A stretch of DNA of 63,855 nucleotides, counting the filler, from Sphacelaria rigidula (lineage: Eukaryota), in NCBI GenBank assembly GCA_964200075.2. It is 11 parts of 11 records of this genome, joined end to end, with 100 filler letters (N's around TTAATTAATTAA, not from the genome) between each part and the next. Parts side by side here need not be neighbours in the genome. Positions count along the whole stretch, not along the records: positions 52,330 to 58,042 come from CAXNAA020025038.1; positions 58,143 to 63,855 come from CAXNAA020025039.1; 9 more parts are not named here. One strand, 5' to 3'. The position numbers were made by a program, and so were the translations under genes. The first letter of the stretch is position 1. The number at the start of each line of letters is the position of its first letter. Below are positions 52,340-63,855 of this stretch, piece after piece. A model generated the notes under the pieces. The model saw only the letters and a program-made list of their open reading frames with translations, was not told the origin of the DNA and searched no databases.

Positions 52340-52860
52340 GGCGGGGGGGAGCACACCCGGGGTGTCATTTTTGGGGGGGGGGGGGGGGGGGGGGGGAGCG
52401 GGGAGCAAAAAATGTCATGATCCCAACAGTGATGGTCTAATAGCCATCATTTGGTTTCCTTCGCGGAAATCGTGATTGGGGGCGTGGAATTTAGTTCGGG
52501 CGGACTAATTGGCGTTTCAAGGTGAGTTACATCAGCGGCCAGTTTGAGGGGGGGGGGGAAGGCGAGGAGCAACAGAGTGTCATTATCCCGACAGAGATGG
52601 TTAGACAACCATTATTCGGTTTCCTTCGCGCGAAGAGTGGCTGAGGACGTACAATTTACTTCGGGGGATAAGATGTGTGTTCAATTCCGACAGCTGGTGA
52701 ATTAAATCAGCGACCAGATTGAGCGTGGGAGCATTAGAGTGTCATTGTTTCGACGGTGATGGTGAGTTGAATGGCCGTTATTTGAATTATAATAGCCGGA
52801 AGCTCGAGAGCGTGAAACTCAGTTTGATAAGCGGAATAGCACGCGTTTCAAGGGTTATTC
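52340..52860 (+). repeat. Diverged ~160-bp tandem repeat (about 3 units)
   Basis: AGCA....TGTCAT..T...AC.G.GATGGT recurs at ~52404, 52568 and 52730, with shared downstream blocks. Confidence 0.7.
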
Positions 52861-53719
52861 TAAAGCGAAGGCTAGAAATGTCATCATTCACGGGGTTTTT
52901 TTTCAGACTCTTCCCAGTTCTTCGGGGAAAGAGAAGAACTTTCTTCCGGAAAAATGTGACGAAAACAGACTCTTTTCTGAAACAGGCCAAGGAAGATGAC
53001 AGTTGATTCGAGACTGGTTACATATGACTCGGAAAATCTACTGTAGAGTTGGATTTTTTCCTTTGTCTCGGAGTTGGTAAAAGTTCCAAAAAAAAGTCAT
53101 CGTAAAATTATCGACCTTACTACTGTAACGGACCCGAATAATCCCTGCAGTTGTATAATTTTGATTCATCCGAAGTATTACTGGGCTTCCAAGTGGGAAG
53201 CAAGGTTGAGGACGTGAGATCAAAATAAATTCCCGCAGCAGAGATCGATGGGGGGGGATGGGCTGCATATTCCTCGGGGCGAAGATAAAGTTTTCCGGAA
53301 AAAGGGGGAGGGGATAAGGTGACTGGTTGGAAGCAACAAAAAGAGAAGATATGTCTGAAATAGGAAGACAAATTGATACAAATGTTGCAACTCATTATTC
53401 CAAGAGTCCAGTACAGCCAGTGGTGTGAAGGATGGCTTGCATTATACCGACGGAGAGGTAGAGAGATAGCTGCTTCATCCCGTAAGCGCCCGTGTCAACG
53501 AGACAAAGAGAAAAAGATAGAGTAAGTAACCGTTACACGGCGAGAGGAGTAGGGCATCTGTTGAATCGGCACCAACCTCACTTGAAAAAAGTTTGCATAA
53601 TCCAGATAGACTTACATCATCCTCGCGGTCGAAGAGTTAATGGCAGTTTTGGTGAGTTTGTAAAAAAAAAACTTGTTTTGTCCTCCCGATTGGTCAAGAG
53701 CTGACGAGCAACTTGTTAA

Positions 53720-54092
53720 TTGTGTGTGTGTATGTGTTGGCGTCTCATCTTTGCTGGACGCCAGTCCACACTTTTCGGTATATGTGGGCGCACCAGCCGG
53801 GGTCACACAGGAGGAAGGTCAACACACGATTTTTTTTCATTTCTTGTTTGGTTTTAGTACTCCACCTTCCTTTTACGGTGCTTGCCTTTTGTTTTTTATC
53901 GCGAGAGGGGTTCAGCAGTCCCTTTCCCTCGTCGATCATCATCGATCATCAAGTCGAATTTTGTGTAACCACGACACAGTCGATCTCCTCTGTTGGGCAT
54001 GGTGTGAGTCCCAGATCGCTCCGAGATTAGAACCCACGACCCAACCAACCGTCAGAAGGTTCCGAGGTTACCAACTGAGCCACCGGGGCGAG
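53720..54092 (-). mobile_element. SINE family B
   Basis: Reverse complement of 30485-30848, with a (TG)n tail. Confidence 0.85.
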
Positions 54093-54464
54093 TTAAGGGG
54101 CGAGTTAATTGGAGGAACGAAAAAAAAAAACACGAACGAAAGGGGCCAGAATCTTTCTTACCCTCACGATGCGCTCTCACTTCTTGTCCCATTAAATAAC
54201 GCCCCATGACTATGGACTTGTCCCGAAGAACGGGAAGATGGAAAACAACCAAGACGGCAGTAAGAATGCATGAAGTACAAATTAGGGTTGGGGTTACTGG
54301 CGCTGCGAGCCAGGACCAGGCCGACCCGGATGGCCCCCCGCCGCAGGCGCCCTGCTGGAGGAGCGTCGCCCCAGGAGCGTTCTCCACATCCTGGACAATA
54401 GATTACATCGTCAAAAAGTGTACTGCGTACAACAGTATCGAATCTATCGTTTATTGCAATAGAC

Positions 54465-55163
54465 CAAGGGTCGGACGAATTGATGATTCGTCTGGAAATG
54501 ACTTGATTTTAGTTTGATTGATTCGTACCGTACGAATCAACCCTTAGGCTTTGTTTTCGGTGTTGCAACCCAGACACGCGCAGTCCAGGCACGCGGGATG
54601 GCGCAAACATTGCGTGGAGATCAATCGTTCTTCCGAGCCGTGCATAATTCTTCATGTATTTTACCCTCCCTCACTGACATGGGTGTAGAGCCTCGCTATT
54701 TCGGGGCGCCGTGTTTTTCTTGTTCGTGGGCGTTTCATTTATTTTTTTCCCCTTGTATCCTGTCATTTTTTTTGCTATAGCTGTTGGCATGAGCGCTTGA
54801 CTTCTCGAAAGGGGTTAATGTGACGAGATGACAACAACATGCACCACGTCGTGCCATCATACAACACCCGCCCCCCCCCCCCCCCCCCGAAATGTTGCAC
54901 GGTTCGGACGAATCATCGCCGGTTCGAATCACCAAATCCACGATTTCTCAGGCCTGATACTTCGAAAAATATGAAGAAAAAAAAATTCGACCGATGGTTA
55001 AAAAGGTTCCCACGCAACTATTGCGCCATTCCGCGTGCCTGGACTGCGCGTACCTGGGCTGCAACGCTGAAATCAGAGCCCAAGGATTGATTCGTACGGC
55101 ACGATTTCAGTCACACTAAAATCAAGTATTTTCCACACGAATCATTTGTTCGTCCGACACGTG
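54465..55163. mobile_element. TIR element family E, complete (~700 bp, ~155-bp arms)
   Basis: 54465-54620 is inverted to 55008-55163; rich in TGATTCGT/ACGAATCA motifs. Confidence 0.8.
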
Positions 55164-55689
55164 AAATGTTGTGACCCCTTAACATCAACACGACATACAG
55201 GCAAGCCAATAAATGGTTTTAGCCCCGTCCTGCCGGTAGCATCCTCTTGGCCTGGCTTCTTCAGGTGGGTTCCATGAAAGACACAACGCCTATCATTCGC
55301 CGGCCAATGTTGAGAGTTGGACCCCAAAATTTGGTATGGCCCATGAATAGGGCATAAAAGTAAAAGAAACAATACCTGTGCACACAAAGACTTTCTCCTT
55401 ATCGGAAGCGGGGGAGGGGTGCGGGGAGGGATGAGCCTGGCGGGATATTGCCACGAACATATCCGTGTCATAGTTCATACGGTACAGTACACAGTATAGC
55501 GCCGTGTCGTGGAATGATGTCGGGTGGATGGAAACGATCGTGAGCAAGTGACCGTGGCAACACCGCATGTGGTATATGGCACGTATGAGGGGTTTACCGC
55601 ATTTATGCTGATGGATCCTCCGGCAGGTACATAGCAGCGAGTGCTGTATGCTATATGATGCAGACCCCCTCCCCCCCCAGCCCCAATAG

Positions 55690-55985
55690 AGAGCAAAAGT
55701 CATTCAGTTGCAGAATGTGAACTATACAGGGAGGAGCTGGACGTGCTAGAGGGGGAAATGCGTCACGTGAACGAAGGTGGCATGATTTCGTTTCATGTAT
55801 TAGACAGTAGAGACAAAACGATGGCTATATACTAGGAGATAGATGGTGGCCACAGACGGCGAAACAGGACGGGGATTAGACATGTAAAATGTTGGAGGTG
55901 TCTCTAGTAGAGAGTAGGAACAGTGGTCCGTCTCGAAAGGGATGATCAATGGTTACACGACTAAGGCAAGCAACAAATGAGAATT
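55690..55985 (+). mobile_element. LINE 3' fragment (family C)
   Basis: Colinear with 23470-23802; C-rich on both flanks. Confidence 0.8.
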
Positions 55986-56317
55986 CCCCCCACCCACCCC
56001 TCTCCCACCCCACCCCACCCCCAAACCTCCAACTAGCACGCGCAAACATGAGGACATGAAGCGCTCCACAGTGTTCACCGTACACTACTTCTATGAAAAA
56101 AAAACGAACAAATGCTCCAGTCAGCGCCCAAAGACCATTCGTAGTAGAACGTGTATTCATGTATACAGTCGCCATGAAATCCAAAAAATGTCCACGGGAC
56201 TTTGTTGGGTCTGATTCTCGGAACATGAAAACCGTGGAACGCTCCAAGGAGCCAACGTTTCCGTAGTACTTCTACACATATATATGCTTGATGTTTTTGC
56301 TTGAGTCACGTATGCAG

Positions 56318-56672
56318 TGCGTGTTGTGTGTTGACGTCTGATGTATTCTGGACGCCGGTCTACACCGTTCGGTATGTGTGGGCGCACCAGCCGGGGTCAC
56401 ACAGGAGGAAGGCCAACACAGGAGTTTTTTTCTCCTTTGTTCGTTTCATGTCCCCACCTTCCTTTTGCGGTGCTTGTTTTTTCACCGCGAGAGGGGTTCA
56501 GCAGTTCCTTTCCGTCGTCGACCATGAAGTCGCCTATTGAGTACCCACGACATAGTCGCTCTCCCCTGTTGGGCATTATGTGAGAAAAATCCCAGATTAC
56601 TCCGAGATTTGAACCCGCCACTCAACCGTCAGGGGGTTTTGAGGTTAACAACTGAGCCACCGGGGCGACTGG
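56318..56672 (-). mobile_element. SINE family B (intronic)
   Basis: Homologous to 53720-54092. Confidence 0.85.
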
Positions 56673-56716
56673 CTTCAGACAAACATAGATACACATTCAC
56701 CTACATACATACATAC

Positions 56717-57044
56717 CTGGCAAGCAGATACTTCGCGTCTGGCCCCACGTAGTCCGCAAAGGTCCCGCCGTTGTCCTTGGCCACCGCCTCTTCCGCAAGC
56801 ACGCGTACCTTCTCGGACGCAGCGCTCACGTCTCCGCTCATGTTACCGGAGAACTGCCACACCAGATAATTCCGCTCGGGCACTTCCCGGAGGGTCACCC
56901 TGCTGTCGGTCGGTGTCGGCAGGTCGGCGATACCTTTGAACTTCTGCGGCATGATAAACTGCATAATTTTGGAGCTTGATCCCGGAGCACCGCCGGGTGC
57001 TCCTCCTTGAGTAACCACTGGCGCGGTCATACTGATCTTAGCCC
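56717..57044 (-). CDS. SOUL haem-binding protein, internal exon
   Basis: KISMTAPVVTQ..MQFIMP.K...LPTPTDSRVTLREVP..V.QFSG..LAR; cag|..AG|gtatgt. Confidence 0.92.
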
Positions 57045-57637
57045 CTGCCCGGTCGTTATTTTCCAGGGCACAGTGAAGAAGGATTGGGCGTTCAATAGTT
57101 AACAGGGGAAAGGAGTTTTGCTTGTGGATAGAGTGTGGTAGAGATGAGGGGGGGTAAGGGCGTTTAGGCAGGATTCCGGAGGTGGGTGGGATTGCGCTTG
57201 TCGGGCTTTGGAGTTGGGAAAATGGAGTTTCAACGAAGGGGTTCCAGGGGGGTGGTGTTACTTGCATATTAGTAGAAATGTTTGCGTGTGTGTTTCCATC
57301 ATGCAAGGTTGACGTGCTTTCCCGGATGGATAAATTATCGGAATGCGTAATGTAATTGCAACAAGAGTGCGTGTGTATGTATGGGGCATGGTATGTTTCG
57401 AGGGTATATATATATATTCGTTCGTTCTTTGCCGCGTTGTCAACTGCGCGACCCGGGCATATACAGTTCGTAATCGTCAACAGCGACGAGGACCAGCTCA
57501 GAGGCAGATATTTGTTCCAGGGGCAAAATAACGATCAGACGACGTACGTGTACAGTGCAGTACAGTACAGAGATGATACCAAGAGCTACCACGGCCTGTA
57601 GAGACCTGATGCCGTCCCGGCAAGAGATGTGAAGACG

Positions 57638-57674
<37 letters not shown>

Positions 57675-58179
57675 ACCCCACACCCACCACACACACACCC
57701 CCCCGACATACCCCCCCATCACACTCCCCCCCCCACTTATTACACAACNNNNNNNNNNCACTGCCGTGAGTATCCCGGTGCCCCCCCGGCAGAGGTGGGG
57801 GAGCCGCCCCCCCCCCCCCCCCTCCCCTCCTCACCTGCGGACAAATCTGAATTAAGCAACCATGGCATCGTTGCTTCGCTTCATGGAATCTGGTACTACT
57901 ATATTATCGCACCTTCATCCCCCCAACAGGTTTATCTCGAATACCGCAACCACTGACCACTTTTTTTCGCTTGACTCCATAGCTCGTCCACGAAAATCCC
58001 CTTTGGGGATGCGAGCTACCACTGCCCCTTGTCCCCCCCCCCNNNNNNNNNNNNNNNNNNNNNNNNNNNNNNNNNNNNNNNNNNNNTTAATTAATTAANN
58101 NNNNNNNNNNNNNNNNNNNNNNNNNNNNNNNNNNNNNNNNNNGTATCTTTTTTTTTTTTGTTTGTCAAGAAGGTCTTCA

Positions 58180-59016
58180 CAAGTGTTCGATCTCCCGTGC
58201 ACTCCCCCCAACTCGCGTGTGGTCAAGCGCCCAGTCGGGGTGACGGACAATCGACGATTAATAACACCCCCTAAGTTCATATTGGATCTATCTGGTTTTG
58301 CCATGTGTGTGACAGAGAACAGTAGTAGCGGTGACGGCAATATTGCCCTGTTTTTCAGGGACATCTTCTTCAGCGCGCAGAGGCGCGTGTTGTCCAAAAA
58401 GAGAGCCAGAGAGAAACTGATCTTCGCGTCGATGATGAGGTAGGTGCTCAGGCAAGACGAAGAGACTACGGGATTTCTCCGCACGTCGATGCTCTGGCAT
58501 ATGGGAAATTTGGCACATGCTGGTAAGATCAAGGATGCCAGTCTCTCGAGAGTTTGGTAATCACCGAGCGGGGACACACAAAGGGCACGGGCGAGGAGCT
58601 TCCTCTCTGTCNNNNNNNNNNTCTGGACCACGCGTGTACTTTTTCCAAGTGAATATTGATGCCGATTCAGCAGGTGACCTACTCTGGCGGTCTGACGGTC
58701 AAGTCCTCCTGCGGAGTTTGGGGGGGAAGATACTTTCGCTCTGTGTTACTCTTTCGTATCTTCCCTGCAAGAGAAAAATGCGACTTCAGCCCCATTTTAG
58801 TGTTGAACCCCAAAAATTAAAATCGGCTGTTACGTCTTGTAGTCCTCGCGGATTCAAGTCCCTGGACAGTGATGTCAGAGTCAGCTGGCTCAGAGGGATG
58901 TCGAAACGTACAACGTGTCGACTGTGCAGCCAAGCCTCCAGCTTACTGTTTGCCCCTCCCGTATCGACGGCGGAGGGTGGAACGCCTTCATCTGCGACCC
59001 TGACAGCCGCCGTCAT
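58180..59016 (-). pseudogene. Decayed ParB/sulfiredoxin-fold-like gene
   Basis: RFDIPLSQLTL..SRDLNPRGL..KIRKS.TERK, then YLIID[pyrimidine-rich insert]NTRLCALKKM, resembling Y.IIDG.HR..AL. Frameshifted and spans a 10-N gap. Confidence 0.45.
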
Positions 59017-59794
59017 TCCCCTACACTAAAGGTCGAGTATCAGGATCACGCTAGCTGTGACTTTTCGCCTGGAGGGAACGAGTGTGATGTGTGGTGGGTG
59101 GGGTGATGTGTGGGGAGGGGAGGGGTTTGGTTTTTTTCGTCGTGTGGAAGCACCCGCACGTAAGATATATATCCTGGCAAATCTTCAAGCTCTACCCGTC
59201 AGGGGCGATGTGCAGACATGTCACGGAACAAGCGGGTGCATCCGAGTCCACCTTCCCGTTGTTCGTTTTTGAAACCAGAAGGTCGCAGCGCAGATACGGT
59301 GCGCGATGTTGACACGACAAGACGGATAAGACAAGCTGTTGTAACTGCCTCGTGCATACTGTTGCGTTCAGTCCCCGTCATGAGGAACATTGCCGAGGAA
59401 GCTTGGTTATGCAATCTGCCTAAATACAATCCATAATATATATACATATATATAATGGTGTTGAAAAAAAATTTGCGCCGCAAAATTAATACTACAAAAC
59501 CACAGATTTGAACCCGAAATTGCATTGTCCATCCATAATGAGTATTTTGGCGTTTATATGCCCCTAGGTCTGTACAAATAATCAAGGGGGTTTCGATCGA
59601 TGCTATACATATGCCCGTATGCCTGTGAACAGTACTTGAAAGCGCCACCTCAAACGTTTTGTGCGTAACGTAGTACCGGCTTGCGGCGATACGCCTGTCC
59701 ACTTACGAGTGGTGTTCGCCCCCCCTGCCCTCAATACACCCTGCGCCACCCTTCCCTCTATCCGCTTCATAAATAGCAATCTTCACCCCCCACC

Positions 59795-60270
59795 ATGCCC
59801 TTGACTGAAGCCGGCGGTCTTCCGTTCTCGCGTGTCTCGCAGAATACTCCACCCCTTGAGGCGGTCGACAACGTTCCCAACAGAAAGCCCGAAGCTGCCA
59901 CCGCCTCATCTACCACCCCTCGACCTCGTCCCAAGCGCTTCAAGCGCCCAACTGACCTCTGCACTATGGTGGCCACGTCTTTCCGCTGCTGCACGACGTT
60001 GGACTGTGTCGCGAACTTCGTTAAAGGCATGCATGATGCGCAGCGACTGAAACTGGAACAGGAGGACTTCGCTAGATTGACCACGTCTTCAGCGAGATTT
60101 GCTTGGGTACAACGGCAAGTCCCGTACGAGAAACTGGGAGCGCGCCAGGGTTCCATGATTGCTGCGGGGAAGTACGTTTGTAATCGTTTTTTCGCGCAGG
60201 CGTTATCGGGCTTCGAGCAATTTACTGGAGAACACCAAGCACAACCTGAAGGCCCCCCGGAGACGCAGTA
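59795..60270 (+). pseudogene. Sola/DUF7869-like transposase N-terminal Cys-rich region
   Basis: CC...CV.NF......RL...F.RL....RFAW.....GKYVCNRFFAQA, with a probable frameshift into YRASSNLL. Confidence 0.5.
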
Positions 60271-63200
60271 TCTCGTGAGTACTGCGTTCGTCTTTACACT
60301 TTCAGTCGAGATCTTTGCGTTGTCGGCCGATGTAGCATGCGATCAAGAACGTGTTCAGATAGGCAACGCCCTAAGGTGTGTTACGCCCAGTCTGTCTCCG
60401 AGCCGTCATATATTTTCGCGACTCGCCGTGGATATTCAAACCTGTGCCGGAGATAAGGTGCATTTCGAGCACGTGCCACCTGGGTGTACGTCGCTGGCGA
60501 CTCCTCGAAAGTGTACTTCTCAAACTCCTCCCCCTCGATAATTCCTTTCTCATATTTTTCGCCAGCATCCCTCGCAATTTGGGGCCCCTTTTCATACATG
60601 CTCTGTCGCTCCGATGTTGTGTCGGTGGCGGGGGCTGGTGGCCCCCGCTTGTCTTAGTCTTACGTGGAAGCATAGTGTCCTCACCTGCTCCCAAATGCAC
60701 ATCTCAGACCGCCTACGAAAAGTGTGACTGTACGTGTAGGGGCTGGCTCCTCTACCGCAACTTGAAGTAGCGTATTGAGTACGTCAACTGAGAGCACTCA
60801 AAATGTCGCTGGCATCATGATATCGTGCGGCTTTGAAATTCAAAACGGGAGCCCGCCGGATGTTGCCGTCGCTGGTACACCTTCGATCCTCCCCCGAGAG
60901 ACGAGGTGGTTACATACGATGGTACGTGGGGTTGTTTCTGGGTCCACTCCCTCTCGGTGGCGACACGTATCTATCCCCTGTGACGCTTGCTTTTTCTTTT
61001 TTCAGTACTTTTTACTCCTTTTTTGGCAGGTGCGTGTATTTTTATGTGTCTTTTTCATTATCGTCGAGTTGCAGTGTTATTCCTTTTCGATGATATAGAG
61101 GCGGTATTGTTCGAAATTAGACGTCCAAGGACAGCACACCTGGCGTTTGATGAAACAGGAACTTGACGTATATGTGGGATGAAGCCGCAGGTTGGTGCCA
61201 ACGCTGCGGCGATCCAAGGCGCTTTCAGCGCAGTGTGGCTCGAAACGATGATTTTACACGTTGCTGTATTGATTATAGCGGGTAATGATATCAAATCGGT
61301 ACAGCAACGTGCAAAATGAAGGTCACCTGCTGAATCGGCATGAATACCACTTGAAAAAAGTATGTTATTCGGATGGGGTAATGAACTATGATTCAGTAAA
61401 ATGCCTCCATAGTATTGAGAAGGGTTAACACCGGTCGGGGTGCTTGCACCTCACCGCATGTTCTTGGCGTTCCTAATATTTCAGTACGATCCAGTGCGAT
61501 ACTTTTGGTGTTTAGGACAGGTCCTTTTTATGTATGCCGCTCTGAGCATATTTAACCTTCGGTGAAATACGCGCGGACGAGTCTGATTTCCACGACCCCA
61601 TGGGCCCATCGCATTCCGGTACCTGCAAGGCCTCAATCCACTCTTTTCACCAAATATGAGTGGGAGGAAAGTAAGCGGAGAATACCGGAACTCATTTTTC
61701 CTGGTCGAGGACATGCAGTCAACTGCAGGAGGATCGCTTGGCTCCGGTGTTGCAGACGACCACGCCAGATATCAGTAGCCCACAGAACGTTGCAGTATCC
61801 ACTCCACTCATTCTCCGCTCCCACTGCAACCCCGCAGCATAGAGCACGAATATGCACAGGAATAAATACACTGCAATATATGGTTTATTTGGTATGTTTG
61901 ATGCAGGAGCAATCTCGATCACGTTTTTTTTTGGTAATCTCGATCACGTTCTTTTTTGGTAATCAGCGATTGAATCGCCTGGTACGGTGGGCAACCGTGT
62001 TACATACAGGCCCTCATGCGCAGGCGGTACAATACTGTACGTGGTTCAGGTTGGTTTCAGATCGCGTTCTAAGCAGAGGTAACATTTGGTCTTGGCTTAT
62101 CTGTATAGCACGTTCCGCTCTTGTCGTTCGCATCCCACAGCGCAGCACACGAACACGCGCACACTATACCTGGATAGAGCAGATAGTACAGCCTTTGCGC
62201 CACACAAGGGTCGAGGTTCCGCTTCGCGAATTTACTGCCTTTTCGACCGCAAGGTTCAATTACCGCCCGAACCCGACGGGACAGAAACGTCAGGATCTCA
62301 ACCACGTCAGATCCGCCGTACAATAACTGTTTCGAAAGGAGTTAATGAATGAATTCATCGGTCGAAAACAAGAAGGTGGTGATTCACGCCCTGAGACTGG
62401 AGCCTCGGCAGCAAATGATGACGTCCAGGTGCCCTCGGAATGCACTCGATAGATCCCACCGATAATCTGGAGTGATGAAACATGTGTGGAGAAATTGATC
62501 GTGCGCCAGAATTCCATGAAACGATGAGCATAGTCCCGGTTAATGGGTCGATATCCCACTTCTGAGCGGATGAAGCACCTATTTGTTTATCAGGTATTAC
62601 CCGCTGGTTTTCATTGGTAGGTGGGCATGTCGCCGGTCTAAACGATTCTGGACATGGCGACAAAATAGTACCGAGAGTAATGGACCTCAGTCTTCACACT
62701 CTTCTCAAGGAGGACTAGGCTCGGGGGAGAGGATTAAACAACAGCAGAAACGGTGTTTTGCGCTTGAAGGCTTCGAAGTAAAAGCCTGGTTCGTTGAAAG
62801 TCAATTCGAGTGTCAGCGTCGCTCCCCGAGACACGGTATGATACGTTAGTAAATCGATGAAATTTGCCTGTACTCGAATTTTCAAAATCCCGCCATATGC
62901 CTTCGAGGAAAGCCCTCCCCTCCCACGCCCCCCTTCCCTCCCAACTCGATTGTGACCGATTACACCCAACATGTAGCTACAGATACTATCGAGGAGCCTT
63001 ACGGACGTCCGGCGCTATTCACCGTCGTTGAAGGATGAACTCACGAGTCCAAGACCTGATGGTCTTTTTTTTTTTCCGGTAAACATTCATCGAAGTCCAC
63101 GTTGTTGAACGAACCCTTAAGCCAAGCGCGCCACTCCTGCCGTCAAAACTCGGGCTCAAAACCCTTGGGTAGTTTGTAGCTATAGCGAAACCGAATGTTG

Positions 63201-63594
63201 ACAGAAGCGCGTATTCCATCACGGCTCGGCCAGGGGCACATTTTTGCTTGAGACTCCGCCGGACGCTACCCGAGGCTGCGCCGGGGTGGGGGGAACGAAG
63301 GATGATGTTCGTTTCACACTAAAACGGTTGCGCGTAACCATGATCCACTTAGAATGTTAAGTCACACCCGTTACGTCGCTCTAGAAATAGACCCGGACCC
63401 CAACACTAACCGTGAAGCACCACCATGGAAGTACTCGACTTCTAGGGGCATTCTGATCCGTGGTTGGCCATGAATTCCCCCGTACCGCGGTTCGAGCATG
63501 TCAGACATACACGCCAAACCATAATGCATGGTACACAGTAACCACCGCCCGTGAATGCGTGTCGATGCGCCTATTTCGACACTGCATATCTCAG

Positions 63595-63733
63595 GAATCG
63601 CGGCGGCTGTCGGGCGAGGAAAGGTTCCGACCGCGAGCGAACTCTCCTCGATTTCCTGGATTGGTATGCCGGCCTGTACGGTCAACACATGCCTCACGAG
63701 GACGCGACATATTTCTACATGCGCAACAAGAAG
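63595..63733 (+). CDS. Exon of a Sola/DUF7869-like transposase
   Basis: cag|G NRGG..TLLDFLDWYAGLYGQHMPHEDATYFYMRNKK|gtacgt resembles the WL..Y....GD.MP motif upstream of the catalytic domain in this group. Confidence 0.5.
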
Positions 63734-63855
63734 GTACGTACAAACGGCGGCTGTTGAGTCTCTGACTCCTTCATCAGTAGTCTCGCGTGCGAGTGATGCT
63801 ACGGTAGGGGTACAGAAATAATTTCTGATATTAGAATTGTTAGGAGCCCCTTATC

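Noticed and set aside
54190..54400. GC-rich minus-strand segment as the missing last SOUL exon
   Set aside because: It lacks the expected YNPPW..RxNE motif in any frame.

Overview
This is not one contiguous locus. It is 11 unrelated eukaryotic contigs of 5713-5715 bp, sorted by length and joined by artificial 100-nt linkers (N44-TTAATTAATTAA-N44). The contigs are 1-5715, 5816-11530, 11631-17345, 17446-23159, 23260-28973, 29074-34787, 34888-40601, 40702-46415, 46516-52229, 52330-58042 and 58143-63855. The DNA is repeat-rich and intron-rich, and it encodes a flagellar dynein; a brown alga or related stramenopile is my inference, not proven. Recognisable host gene fragments are an axonemal outer-arm (beta-type) dynein heavy chain (6 phase-consistent exons), a divergent importin-alpha, a Cys-containing LRR protein, a SOUL haem-binding protein and a Rab-like GTPase exon. 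The mobile DNA comprises: a young non-autonomous copia-derived LTR element nested in a dead Ty3/gypsy integrase; a copia RT relic; two tRNA-headed SINE families; several hairpin/TIR elements; and many 3' ends of a LINE-like family. Two signals look most unusual. (1) The LINE-like family and a partner family end in C-runs rather than poly(A), and the C-run is part of the target-site duplication. (2) The last contig pairs a decayed ParB/Srx-like gene head-to-head with Sola/DUF7869-like transposase fragments, possibly a large cargo-carrying transposon. All family assignments come from recognising motifs by eye; no searches were run.
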